Virus record (IMG/VR): IMGVR_UViG_3300028735_000003
Location: 248,001 to 312,000 of that record
Direction: 5' to 3' (one strand)
DNA length: 64,000 nucleotides
Made by a program: the position numbers and the translations under genes. This document shows, piece after piece, positions 29,759 through 39,766 of the stretch (within the stretch, counting starts at the first letter, position 1; each line of letters opens with the position of its first letter). Below the pieces are notes generated by a model, which worked only from the letters and a program-made list of their open reading frames with translations, had not been told where the DNA came from and did not search any database.

Positions 29759-30739
29759 TTAAAACAAAACTCTTCTTGTGAACGGGAGCCACTCAAATAC
29801 AAAACCGGCGCCAGCATTCTTAGATAGTGCAATATTGGAAAGATTTCCATCGAATACGCCGCCTGGTTGATATGGTGTCTTTGAAATAATCCATCTGTTA
29901 GCATGAGTATCCAAATAGTAATACGTCATAGTGTTGTCCCTGGGATTATAATGCGAACGTAAAAATGAGCCCATAACTGGAGGAGAATCTAAACCACTAT
30001 TGTAATAGCTGTTCCCATCTCTAACAGTTTCCGTATTTTCCAGAGAAAAGAATTCACGATTAATATGAGCAGGGTCATCTGGATTTTCTTTAGAAAAATC
30101 CTGAAATATAACAAAAGCTCTAGGATCGAATAGATTACTAAATTGATAGCTCTCTTCTAGCGGTGCTTCTGGAATCACAATTTTTGCTGTAGCCGGAAGA
30201 TTACCTACTGTTGGCTGCCCCTCAGCATCACGATTTGTATAGACAATATTGTAATTTTCTATATTGTACGGTTCATTAGTAAATCCCGTTTCATTACCCA
30301 TTCCATCATAGCCGCTGGCGATTTCAATTTTTTCTTGATTATCTACTGTAATTCCAGCATCACCAGGATTCAAGAAATGTGTATTTGGCTGTATTGGATT
30401 AGTTCCGAATGGATATAAACCAGGAATGTTTTCTCCAGATTGAGCATCCGTTGCGGAACGTGGCAATCTGGCATTTACTAAAATATCTGTCTGATATACT
30501 TCTGTAATAATTGGAGAAAATATACTACCATTAGTGGCAAGAACTCTAAGTTCTATTCTTAGCGAATTATTTGAAAAAAATAGCGGTGCAGTATATATGT
30601 CAGATAATAATGTAGGATCAGTTCCATCCAACGTATAGAATATCGTTGCCGGAATATTTGTAGATATAGTGACAGATCTAGGTATCCCTGATACTACCTG
30701 CTCGGTCGATTCTATAATTGTCACACTTATAATTGCCAT
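29759..30739 (-). CDS. Hypothetical protein with N-terminal FN3-associated/CHB_HEX_C-like beta domain, probably virion-associated
   Basis: TIFYTLDGTDPT motif. Confidence 0.65.
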   Translation of the reverse strand: MAIISVTIIESTEQVVSGIPRSVTISTNIPATIFYTLDGTDPTLLSDIYTAPLFFSNNSLRIELRVLATNGSIFSPIITEVYQTDILVNARLPRSATDAQSGENIPGLYPFGTNPIQPNTHFLNPGDAGITVDNQEKIEIASGYDGMGNETGFTNEPYNIENYNIVYTNRDAEGQPTVGNLPATAKIVIPEAPLEESYQFSNLFDPRAFVIFQDFSKENPDDPAHINREFFSLENTETVRDGNSYYNSGLDSPPVMGSFLRSHYNPRDNTMTYYYLDTHANRWIISKTPYQPGGVFDGNLSNIALSKNAGAGFVFEWLPFTRRVLF

Positions 30740-30861
30740 TTTAGTTTCATACGGATATTAGTATGTCAACATAACCATATATTGTGAGAAACCTATATAC
30801 AAATTTAGGCTATTCATTTTTAGGCCCTGAGCATCTATCTTAAACATATACGGTATTATAC

Positions 30862-31476
30862 TTATTGTTTCAACTTACTAAGCATATCATTTACCTGAAT
30901 AAGAAGATCGTCTTTTGTTCCATTATTATCGATAACAAAATCGAATTCACTATCATTTATAGACTCCTGCTCAACTTCACTGGCATGATTCATTTGCAAT
31001 TGCTCATTGCGATTGATACGAACCATAGTACATCCAGATTTCTTCATGCTATCGAACTCATTGCGAAATCTAACGTCCGTTACAATAAATAACAGATATC
31101 CTTTTTTCTCTGCTTTTTCCATCTTATAATTTAACGCATCTATCCAGATATCTTCTTTAAACCTTCTGCCAATCTCAGTTCCCAATTCTTGCAATAACAT
31201 TCTATAAGTAAGCGGCACTCCATTTTTAAATACACCTGGAATTTCTGCCGACCTATATTTCGATGGTCCATACAATGTTTGTCTTGTTGTTCTTGGGAAC
31301 ATTAAACGAATCATCTCTTTAATTGGATCCGCAAGTGCTGCCTTCTGTACAGCTTCAGTTCTTTTCGATACATGAGTCTTATCATATGGGTACATAGTCT
31401 TCAAAACATCCCATATTATATCTGCAAGAGTATCTTTTCCAGAATTCGCTTTACCAGAAATAGCTATCTTGTACAT
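30862..31476 (-). CDS. Deoxynucleoside monophosphate kinase
   Basis: IAISGKANSGKD, LADPIKE, LQELGTE, IVTDVRFRNE, HASE. Confidence 0.9.
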   Translation of the reverse strand: MYKIAISGKANSGKDTLADIIWDVLKTMYPYDKTHVSKRTEAVQKAALADPIKEMIRLMFPRTTRQTLYGPSKYRSAEIPGVFKNGVPLTYRMLLQELGTEIGRRFKEDIWIDALNYKMEKAEKKGYLLFIVTDVRFRNEFDSMKKSGCTMVRINRNEQLQMNHASEVEQESINDSEFDFVIDNNGTKDDLLIQVNDMLSKLKQ

Positions 31477-31483
31477 TATCCTC

Positions 31484-33715
31484 TCACCATGTCGAAACTA
31501 CTTGCGCCTTAGATACCATGTTTATATCCTGATTGACAAGTATAGCGTGAGAAAACTTATCCTTCAGCCTATCATTGTGTGTTATGATAAGTATAGTAAA
31601 ATCCTTTTGAAAAAACTTAACAATATCAGCGAACGCATCGACACCTGCCTTATCTAAAGACTGATCAATTTCGTCCAACAATAAAAACTTAATATCTGTA
31701 CCAATCATCTTTTGAAGTAAAAATGATAGTCCTAGCTTAAGACTAAAAATAACAGCTAATTTCATAGCGCCAGATAATTGTTCATACGATCGTTTTCTAC
31801 CATTCATCATATAATTAATCTCTAATGTATCGTCTTGACTTCCATCGCCCTTAGTTTTCTCAATTACAAATGATAATTGAAGACCTGGTTTTAATTGAGT
31901 TAAAATAGCATTTGCTTCTATTTGCAAATCATCTAACACATTTTGTATGATAAGATTTGGTATTCCTACCGACGAAAAAGCCTGAACTACATTAGGATAT
32001 ATAGAGAATTTTGCTTCTAATTTTTCGAGATTATTTTTAAGGGACTTTAGTTTGTTAATATTATCTTCAGATTGGGACACATTATACACAAGAACTGCCT
32101 TAATTGAATTAAGGTGTGCGATTTCTTTGTTAATTGAAGCAAGTTCAACATTTATATTTGCAAGATTGTTTTTCGCGGCGTCTATTTTAGACTGAATATT
32201 TTTTGCCTCTTCCAAAGAAGAGTTATTTAATTCATCTTTTACTTCATTTATTTCTCTTATTTTCTCGGATAAATCAGCAGTAAACTTATTTAAAAGTTGA
32301 TTGTATTCTTCATATATTACTTTTTTATCCTTGATTTCATTATTTTTGTTAGTTATCTGTATATTAATATCTTCCAATTTCTTCTTTGACAGATTTAAGC
32401 TATTAATTTCCTGTTGTAATTTTGAAATCTGTGCTGTCAAAGACACAACTGCTTCTTTAGAAGATTTTATGTTTAATTGGCAATCTGCGATTTCTTTTGA
32501 TACCTGGGCTTTGCATGCCTTTTTGTGTTCTTCTGTGAGCGGTTGACGGCAGTGTTTGCAAATATTATCATCTGGAACAGGTATCTTAAGTTCCTCATAT
32601 CTAGCAACATTTGACTGAATATTGAGATTATGTTTAGTAACCTCTTCTTTCAATAAATTTACATTATCGGACAAAATATCTATTTGCGCATAATCTAACG
32701 ATGCTAATTTCACTTGTATGGCTTTAAGTTCTTCTATCTCTCTAACAATAATCTGTGCTGACTTGATAACATTTGATTTTTTTATTTGGTATTCTTTAAT
32801 AGAATTCTCAAGTTTAGATTTATCCGATTGTAAATTCTTTTCTTTTAATAGTAGTTCTGAAAACTTACTTTCAAGTACAGAATGCGCACTAGTTAGATCA
32901 CTAATTCTTAGAACCTCTTGATCTCTATTATACGAGATATCTCGAAGTAAAGATTGTTTATCACTAATCTTAGTATCGACCTCAGATAATTGTATCTTAA
33001 ATGAAGATAAATCGGATTCTGGATCTTTCAGGCTATCTATTAATGTTTTGTGTTTTTCAATATCTTTTGATATTACTGCCGCTTTATCTTTGGCTATTTT
33101 TTCTAATTTCGAGTAAATTCCAAGCTCCAGAGCATCTTTTAAGATTCCTTTGCGCTTGGCGGGGGTAACAGTACTAAGACCAGTGAAATCATTTTGTATA
33201 AAGTGCAGTGTACTTCTAAACGCACTAAAATTAATCTTGACCAACTTACCTAATTCTTTCTCTGTATCAGACGCTCTACGCCCACCAATATCCTTCCAAT
33301 ACTTAGAAATTAGTTTGTCATCACTTATTGGGACATAAATATCATCAATCTTTAAAGTATGATATACCTCATCATCTGGTCCACCAATCGCGTTTCTCTG
33401 CCATAAAGAAATGTCTGTTGCCCCCTTTCTTGTTCTAGATCTTGACAAACGATACTCTTGACCGTCTATCTCAAAATCAAAAACTATCTTACATAATGAG
33501 GCGTCCTCTCGAATTATCATATCTAGGTTAACATCTGCTTGGTTAAACAATACATATTCTATTGATTTAAATATACTTGTCTTTCCAACTCCGTTTGAAT
33601 ATAGATCATTATTTTCGATTTTCCCAACTATTAAAGCCGAATTAAATTTAGTAAAATCTATAAAGCCATTCGAATAGCACATAAAGTCTTCGATATAAAG
33701 TCTAAGTGGCTTCAA
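31484..33715 (-). CDS. sbcC: SbcC/Rad50/gp46-like ATPase
   Basis: NGVGKTS, FIQNDF, CKHC hook within coiled coil, LSGA signature, LLLDE, ITH. Confidence 0.92.
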   Translation of the reverse strand: MKPLRLYIEDFMCYSNGFIDFTKFNSALIVGKIENNDLYSNGVGKTSIFKSIEYVLFNQADVNLDMIIREDASLCKIVFDFEIDGQEYRLSRSRTRKGATDISLWQRNAIGGPDDEVYHTLKIDDIYVPISDDKLISKYWKDIGGRRASDTEKELGKLVKINFSAFRSTLHFIQNDFTGLSTVTPAKRKGILKDALELGIYSKLEKIAKDKAAVISKDIEKHKTLIDSLKDPESDLSSFKIQLSEVDTKISDKQSLLRDISYNRDQEVLRISDLTSAHSVLESKFSELLLKEKNLQSDKSKLENSIKEYQIKKSNVIKSAQIIVREIEELKAIQVKLASLDYAQIDILSDNVNLLKEEVTKHNLNIQSNVARYEELKIPVPDDNICKHCRQPLTEEHKKACKAQVSKEIADCQLNIKSSKEAVVSLTAQISKLQQEINSLNLSKKKLEDINIQITNKNNEIKDKKVIYEEYNQLLNKFTADLSEKIREINEVKDELNNSSLEEAKNIQSKIDAAKNNLANINVELASINKEIAHLNSIKAVLVYNVSQSEDNINKLKSLKNNLEKLEAKFSIYPNVVQAFSSVGIPNLIIQNVLDDLQIEANAILTQLKPGLQLSFVIEKTKGDGSQDDTLEINYMMNGRKRSYEQLSGAMKLAVIFSLKLGLSFLLQKMIGTDIKFLLLDEIDQSLDKAGVDAFADIVKFFQKDFTILIITHNDRLKDKFSHAILVNQDINMVSKAQVVSTW

Positions 33716-34905
33716 TCTTTTACCTCTATTTTGTAAGTGTTGTAAATGTCTATCGCCAACTCAATAAAATCGGACTGTAGTTTATCTTCAACATATGCTT
33801 TAGCATATGTTTTTATTGCAGAAGGAACATCCATTTTAGTATTCAGAATATTATTAGCATTCGTCTTAATAAGTGTGACCTTTTTAGATTCAAAAATACC
33901 AGCGACATTAAACACGCCTTTTGATACCAAAAACTTATCTATTGCAGATTTGTTTATTGACTCTATGTCAGAAGATTCTAATGATATCTCCACCTTAACT
34001 ATAGATTTATCAAACACGTCTCCTAGCTTATTAATTTCTTCTACGACGTATTCCGTTGAGTTTTTAACTGTTTTTGGTACAGATATTGATATTTTCTTTA
34101 ATGGTCTTGTAGGCAAGATAATCTCAGAATGCTGACCATATATACAATTAAATAAAACAATGCGTTTACTTTGGTCAGTCTCTGCAAAATTAGAAATGTC
34201 CATGCTACCGATATGACAAATCATAGGTTTGTTCTTGATTACCTGCGGTTTATGAACATGTCCCATCCAGACATAATCATATCCAGAAAACATATCTAAT
34301 GGGCAAAACAACTCATTGTTTATATCATCCAGTTCATCTCCAATTGGTATTGATCCCTCAATTGCAATATGACCTATCATAACTTTATGATATGTCACCG
34401 GAATACTAGCTAATTCATAAATTATAGAGTCTTTAAGCATAGATAATGCGGTAGCATAATTATTACTTCCCAAAAACTTTCTATCCTTAAATGGAACCAA
34501 CGTAAACGCAGTAGTATCTATAAATATCGTCGTTATATTCTTATAAACAAAAACATTATCAATTTCTGCCTCAGAAATAATATCCAGAGGAGAATAAATT
34601 ATATTACCATTTCGAAGAATATCGTGGTTTCCAAGTATTATGTGCACTGACACATCATATACTCTACATTTATTTAACCAGGACATGAATAATGTGATAA
34701 GTGACGGATGTGGTTTAGGATCATCAAACACATCTCCAGTAATTATAATATTACTTGCATGGTGTTCTACCGCCTGATCCAACGTCCAATCAAGCAGATC
34801 TAGTTGATCAGATATTCTACTATTTAAACTACTACCTATACCAGCCTTACCTATATTCGTAGACTTACCTATATGCGGATCTCCTAATATTATTATATTA
34901 CTCAT
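33712..34905 (-). CDS. sbcD: SbcD/Mre11/gp47-like nuclease
   Basis: LGDPHIG, ITGDVFD, LGNHD, IGH, MGHVH. Confidence 0.92.
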   Translation of the reverse strand: MSNIIILGDPHIGKSTNIGKAGIGSSLNSRISDQLDLLDWTLDQAVEHHASNIIITGDVFDDPKPHPSLITLFMSWLNKCRVYDVSVHIILGNHDILRNGNIIYSPLDIISEAEIDNVFVYKNITTIFIDTTAFTLVPFKDRKFLGSNNYATALSMLKDSIIYELASIPVTYHKVMIGHIAIEGSIPIGDELDDINNELFCPLDMFSGYDYVWMGHVHKPQVIKNKPMICHIGSMDISNFAETDQSKRIVLFNCIYGQHSEIILPTRPLKKISISVPKTVKNSTEYVVEEINKLGDVFDKSIVKVEISLESSDIESINKSAIDKFLVSKGVFNVAGIFESKKVTLIKTNANNILNTKMDVPSAIKTYAKAYVEDKLQSDFIELAIDIYNTYKIEVKD

Positions 34906-34915
34906 GCATTTATAT

Positions 34916-35539
34916 TTATAGATACGATGATATCCACAACTTTAACTCATCGACCATAGATCGTAGAGCTTTATTGTCCAACTCTCGCTTCAGATTTATA
35001 GCATCATATACCATGCATACGTGTTCGATAAACTTAAAAGGTTCTTCGCCAGGATGGTTCTCTCGAAATTCGCGAACCGCTCGCGAAAAATCCATCATTA
35101 TGTCGAACCTCTCCGAAAAATCTGCTAATTGCTGACGGTCAGTACTTACAACATCCGAAGAATTAAATAACTCCAAAATCTTGTATGCAGCTATAACTTT
35201 CGTAGTATTTTCTATTAGAGACACAAAATCGCAACAAGTTGATCCTTTATTACAACCAAAACAATAAAATGTATTGGTTTCCTTATAATAGGAAAAAGAC
35301 GGAGTCCTTTCTTTTCCACCTTTATGGAATGGGAATGGACATGTCGTTTTTCTATTAGCATCAATATGAATGCCGTAATGATTCAATACTTTAATAATTG
35401 GAACAGAATTAGCTTTATTTATTAGTCTTTGATAAAATAGTTTCCCTTCAGAATGAGGTGATATGTCTCCATCTTCCCAAGATGTCTCGCCGTTACTAAT
35501 GGGTCCGGTTGTACTTGATACATCGCGCATAATTGACAA
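34916..35539 (-). CDS. Stand-alone CHC2 zinc-finger (primase ZBD-like) protein
   Basis: TCPFPFHKGGKERTPSFSYY...FYCFGC. Confidence 0.85.
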   Translation of the reverse strand: MSIMRDVSSTTGPISNGETSWEDGDISPHSEGKLFYQRLINKANSVPIIKVLNHYGIHIDANRKTTCPFPFHKGGKERTPSFSYYKETNTFYCFGCNKGSTCCDFVSLIENTTKVIAAYKILELFNSSDVVSTDRQQLADFSERFDIMMDFSRAVREFRENHPGEEPFKFIEHVCMVYDAINLKRELDNKALRSMVDELKLWISSYL

Positions 35540-35601
35540 TATTTGCTATACGTTTCTTTTTCCTCAGATATGAGAGATAATAACATATCCTTAGTTAACA
35601 T
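35422..35601 (-). CDS. Small hypothetical protein overlapping the CHC2 gene
   Basis: MLTKDMLLSLISEEKETYSKYCQLC...; starts 7 nt after the upstream stop. Confidence 0.45.
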   Translation of the reverse strand: MLTKDMLLSLISEEKETYSKYCQLCAMYQVQPDPLVTARHLGKMETYHLILKGNYFIKD

Positions 35602-35608
35602 AACTAAT

Positions 35609-36115
35609 TTACCCACTATTTCTGCGCCTGTCAAGATCATTATTAATTTCTTTTTTTACTTCCACATTAGCAACAGATTCTAGTTTTTTCTCTAATTGAA
35701 AAATGGAGTATTCCAAAAAATTAATTTTGTCTCTTTGCATCAAACAAGTTTTTAACAAAAGAATTATCCACATTAATGAACCCATACCTTCTTGTTCATT
35801 AGGGTCATTATTAACTTCTACCGCCAATTTAATCATATTAGACAGAAGTTCAGATTCTAATTCTTTAGCGAAAACACTTTTGTTCTGCTGCAAAGTCTTA
35901 TCAAGCATAGACTTCTTAAATTGCGCAGAATATTCTGCAGCCTTTTGTTTATATCCAGAAGCACGTTCCTGAAGATCTTTGACTTTGCGATCAAACTCTT
36001 GCTGAGTTTGTTTTTGTGTCGCTCCGTCAAAAATAGATTTTTGCGAACTTACTTGCCGCAATCCCCTTTTATTAGGAACCAGCTCAACATCATTATCTTC
36101 CTCATCGAATGGCAT
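35609..36115 (-). CDS. Hypothetical protein
   Basis: 168 aa helical ORF. Confidence 0.65.
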   Translation of the reverse strand: MPFDEEDNDVELVPNKRGLRQVSSQKSIFDGATQKQTQQEFDRKVKDLQERASGYKQKAAEYSAQFKKSMLDKTLQQNKSVFAKELESELLSNMIKLAVEVNNDPNEQEGMGSLMWIILLLKTCLMQRDKINFLEYSIFQLEKKLESVANVEVKKEINNDLDRRRNSG

Positions 36116-36121
36116 GGTGCC

Positions 36122-36424
36122 TCATTCTTTTACAATTGGTGTTACGCAAATATATTTATCAATCATCTCAACTTTATAATCATCTTTTAATGCAGTTTCA
36201 AGCGCAGGCAAAACAGCAGGTACTGTAAACTTAAGATACAACTTAGCATTTGGTTCTATAGCCACTGGCTCACAATACATTTCAACGAATTGTTTTGGTA
36301 ATGCAAAAATATCTAACCGTTCATCTTTAATATCATCCCAGATTTTATCTGCTAGAGTGGAGACCTTAGCAGGTTTAGATGTATCAATCTTATCGGAAAC
36401 TTGTGTATCAATATTTTTTTCCAT
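36122..36424 (-). CDS. Hypothetical protein
   Basis: 100 aa ORF. Confidence 0.6.
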   Translation of the reverse strand: MEKNIDTQVSDKIDTSKPAKVSTLADKIWDDIKDERLDIFALPKQFVEMYCEPVAIEPNAKLYLKFTVPAVLPALETALKDDYKVEMIDKYICVTPIVKE

Positions 36425-36439
36425 ATTCTATCTCCATAC

Positions 36440-36751
36440 TTATTTAGTACTAACACTACATATATCAGCAAATACACTCCTAAAAACACTGGTAAGAACT
36501 AAGCCAGTAATTCGCTTAAGTTCTTTTTTATTAAAAATCAATACTGTTGGTACACTATTAATGGCGAATCTTTTTGTAACTTGCTTAAAATCATCAACAT
36601 TAATAGCAAAAAATTTAATATGGTTATATTTCTGTTCCATTTTATCCAACATAATTAACATCTTCTTATTATATGGATACCATGATGCATAAAAATATAA
36701 CACGCACATATCATCAAATGATAAATCAGATTCTTTATCGATAAATATCAT
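36440..36751 (-). CDS. Thioredoxin-like protein lacking the CxxC motif
   Basis: VLYFYASWYPYNKKM, FFAINVD, FAINSVPTVLIF; active site reads WYPYN. Confidence 0.8.
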   Translation of the reverse strand: MIFIDKESDLSFDDMCVLYFYASWYPYNKKMLIMLDKMEQKYNHIKFFAINVDDFKQVTKRFAINSVPTVLIFNKKELKRITGLVLTSVFRSVFADICSVSTK

Positions 36752-37996
36752 GAAAACCTCGCAAGTAGACCCACGGCTTTAGCCGTGGGAGGAATTGCGG
36801 ATTATAAAAGTTAATCAGCTTATTATTTTTATTTTCTAATAATGATATATATATCTGTGATGCGAAGAACTTATAGTTTTTATTTATCCGCTCCTGATGG
36901 GTTTTTAGATTTCCTAAAAACCTGCGCAGATATTTATTCGCATCATGTCGAGTGGGCTTTCGAAAATAAATCGACCAATAAAGTTAAAGCTCATCAAGAT
37001 TTATATCAGAAATTACGATCTCTTTATCCTGATATTCCTTCTAATATCCTGCAAGCTACAAGAGATCAGGCATTAGAGGCAGTTAGAAAGTTAAAATTCA
37101 AAATTAAACCGAAAAAGAAACCATATTCTGCAGTTAGATATGATGTAAGAACTATTTCTCTTCGTGGTAATCTATTAACTTTCTCTTGGTCAGGTAAGAG
37201 AATCAGAACTCTAATTAACTTACCTAAATATTTTAAACAATATCAAAACTGGACGATGAAGTCTGGAACTATTGGATATGATCAACAAAAAAAGAAACTT
37301 AAAGTCAGCTTAATTTTCGAAGCTCCAGATACTCTTCCTATTAAAAACTCTAATCGAATAGTAGGAGTAGATAGAGGATTATATAATATCGTCTCGTTGT
37401 CGGATGGTCAATTATATAATGCGAAACAAGTAAGAAAACAAAAACGAAAGTTTCTATATGTTAAAAGACAACTTCAAGCAAAAGGCACTCATTCTGCCAA
37501 GAGAAAATTACAGAAAAGGTCAGGACGAGAAAAGCGGTTCAGCTTGAATATTAATCATATTATTTCGAAATGGTTAGTTAATCAACCTTATGATATTTTT
37601 GTTCTTGAAGACCTTAAAGGAATAAGGAAACAGAAAAAAGCAAGAAATTAAACGGTTGGTTATCTAATTGGACTTTCTATCAGTTAGAAAAATTTTTAGA
37701 ATATAAAGCATTAGCATTAGGAAAACAAGTAGTTAAAGTTGATGCAAGATATACTTCTCAAAAATGTTCTAATTGTAGAATTATTGAAAAGTCTAATAGA
37801 AATAAGTCGAAATATATTTGTAGCAAATGTGGTTACATAGAACATGCAGATATTAATGCTGCTAAAAATATTAAGACAAATTATTTTATCTCGTTAGCTG
37901 AAAAGAATAACGAGCAGGCTGTTGTCAATCAGCCAAACGCAGCCAAAACTGATGTTTTGAGCAGCAAGCCCACGACTTTAGTCGTGGGTTATTGAC
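36752..37996 (+). mobile_element. IS200/IS605-family tnpB-only element with exact ends
   Basis: Left hairpin CCCACGGCTTTAGCCGTGGG, right hairpin CCCACGACTTTAGTCGTGGG then TTATTGAC. Inserted after TCAT. Removing it restores the def stop overlapping the trx start (ATGA). Confidence 0.92.
36842..37995 (+). pseudogene. tnpB: TnpB with single -1 frameshift near 37640
   Basis: VGVDRG, FVLEDL; in the -1 frame KKLNGWLSNWTFYQL...CSNC...CSKCG...HADINAAKNI. Confidence 0.9.
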
Positions 37997-38532
37997 CGAA
38001 TACTCCCACAACATTTCTTAAATTTTTTACCTGACCCACATAAACATATATCATTTGGAGCTTGTTTATTCTTTGCAATAATAGGGGATAACTTGGGAGC
38101 CGCTCTGTCCATAAACAATGTTCCATATATATGATCTATTTCGTGTTGACAAACTATAGAGACAATACCGGTAGCAATAAAGCTATAAGGATATACTAGA
38201 TTGTTTGTCACATATATTTCTTTATATCTGATCGTATCTTCACTTCTACCTGGAAAAGATAAACAACCTTCTTGTGTAAATATTATTGGATCAAAAGCTT
38301 TTTCTATCTTACAATTTACAAGGTTTATATTTACCCCATCCAACCTAACAATTGCAATCTTTTTTGATAAACCAATTTGTGGCGCAGCCAAACCAATACC
38401 GCTACGACCTATTTTATTAGCTTCCATTAATTCTTTATCAAGAAGCTCAATTAAAGATGCGACTTCTTCTTCCGTCACATCTTCACATGGCGCCCTTAAT
38501 ATATTTTCGTCGTTTATTATAATCATAATCAA
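37978..38532 (-). CDS. def: Peptide deformylase with C-terminal SEC-C motif
   Basis: GIGLAAPQIG, EGCLS, QHEIDH; PNDICLCGSGKKFKKCCG. The stop codon is supplied by the IS end. Confidence 0.93.
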   Translation of the reverse strand: MIMIIINDENILRAPCEDVTEEEVASLIELLDKELMEANKIGRSGIGLAAPQIGLSKKIAIVRLDGVNINLVNCKIEKAFDPIIFTQEGCLSFPGRSEDTIRYKEIYVTNNLVYPYSFIATGIVSIVCQHEIDHIYGTLFMDRAAPKLSPIIAKNKQAPNDICLCGSGKKFKKCCGSIRSITHD

Positions 38533-38537
38533 TCCGT

Positions 38538-38750
38538 TTATTTATGCCCACACCTACCACAACCTCTATAACTTTGCTTTCGTGGATCTGGATTTATTCT
38601 TTTAAGACAAACAGAACATATCTTTTGAGAATTAGAACATGACTCACATAATACTGAAATATTATTTAATACTAAAGCATTACATTTTATACATTTCTTT
38701 TGTGTGACTAATAAAGCTAATTTGGCGCAATTGCTGCAAAACATTAACAT
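38538..38750 (-). CDS. Small Cys-rich zinc-binding protein
   Basis: Five CxxC pairs in 70 aa; AGGAG RBS. Confidence 0.7.
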   Translation of the reverse strand: MLMFCSNCAKLALLVTQKKCIKCNALVLNNISVLCESCSNSQKICSVCLKRINPDPRKQSYRGCGRCGHK

Positions 38751-38788
38751 CTCCTTAATAATATTCCGTTATATTAATGGAGGCTTAA

Positions 38789-38947
38789 ATGTATACTTTT
38801 GCCCAATTTATACAAGAGAAAAATAGTCACAAAGAAAAAGAGAAACAAATTCAACTATATGTGGAAGGGACTCTGTATTACGATAAAAAAGAACAGGACA
38901 AAGCAGACGACGAAGCTATACAGGTAATCATTATAGATATAATGTAA
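38789..38947 (+). CDS. Small hypothetical protein (52 aa, below the track cutoff)
   Basis: GGAGG RBS, MYTFAQFIQEK...QVIIIDIM*; its stop abuts the stop of the convergent gene. Confidence 0.6.
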   Translation: MYTFAQFIQEKNSHKEKEKQIQLYVEGTLYYDKKEQDKADDEAIQVIIIDIM

Positions 38948-39241
38948 CTATTTCTTCATTGATTCTAAAATCTCCTTAGCTTCTTTGAACCAGTGTTTAG
39001 CATTTACAAATTCAATGTAAGAACTTATTATTGTTCTTACTTGCTTATAGTCTTCTGCAGGATCAGATTTGTCAAAGCATTCTTGACAAATCTTAAAGCT
39101 GGTCATATTGATCTCTGATAATGTAACGCTATTAAGCTCATCAGGATTAAATTCTTTAGCACAAACTATACAATTGCAATTTTCCTGGTTCATAGCAAAT
39201 CCTATATCAGCAGATACTATATAGTATTCAAAATTATTCAA
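38948..39241 (-). CDS. Hypothetical protein with two CxxC
   Basis: CIVC, CQEC. Confidence 0.6.
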   Translation of the reverse strand: MNNFEYYIVSADIGFAMNQENCNCIVCAKEFNPDELNSVTLSEINMTSFKICQECFDKSDPAEDYKQVRTIISSYIEFVNAKHWFKEAKEILESMKK

Positions 39242-39256
39242 TTGTTACAATTTATT

Positions 39257-39766
39257 TCATGTGTAACCTAAAAAGTCATTCCAATCGTTATGCCAATATT
39301 CATTAGGATCTGCGTCGTTATAAGCTGCAAAAGACGGATGTGTTGGTTTCTTTAGCAAAACCATTCCAGCCTGTTCAGGTGTTCTATTTGCCTTCTTATT
39401 ATTACATTGTTTACAACAAACTACACAATTCGTAAAAGACGTAATACCACCCTGTGCCTTAGGTAAAACGTGATCAATCGTGATCTGAGAGGCAGTTAAC
39501 TTTTCATTACAATATTGACAACGTGATTTATCTCTTTTGATCAAAGCCTTTCTGCTAAAATTAGCATTAAAGTAATTTCTTTTGACATAGTTTTTTAATA
39601 TAAGAATTGATGGGTGGTAAATCTTTTCCTGACCCCAATTGATAATATCATCCCAGTTAGAAATTACATCTACCTTTTTCTTCCACAAAAGATTAAAAGC
39701 CTTCCTTTCTGGAATAAAAGCTAATACTTCATAGCTAGCATTTAATAAAAGAGTTTTTTTCGACAT
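39257..39766 (-). CDS. HNH endonuclease (McrA-like)
   Basis: RDKSRCQYC, TIDHVLPKAQGG, NCVVCCKQCNNKK. Confidence 0.92.
   Translation of the reverse strand: MSKKTLLLNASYEVLAFIPERKAFNLLWKKKVDVISNWDDIINWGQEKIYHPSILILKNYVKRNYFNANFSRKALIKRDKSRCQYCNEKLTASQITIDHVLPKAQGGITSFTNCVVCCKQCNNKKANRTPEQAGMVLLKKPTHPSFAAYNDADPNEYWHNDWNDFLGYT

Noticed and set aside
37628-37651. Programmed -1 frameshift in tnpB at the A6G run
   Set aside because: The run is phased G_AAA_AAA_G rather than A_AAA_AAG, I saw no stimulatory hairpin, and a single lost G (AAA GGC AAG) explains it.
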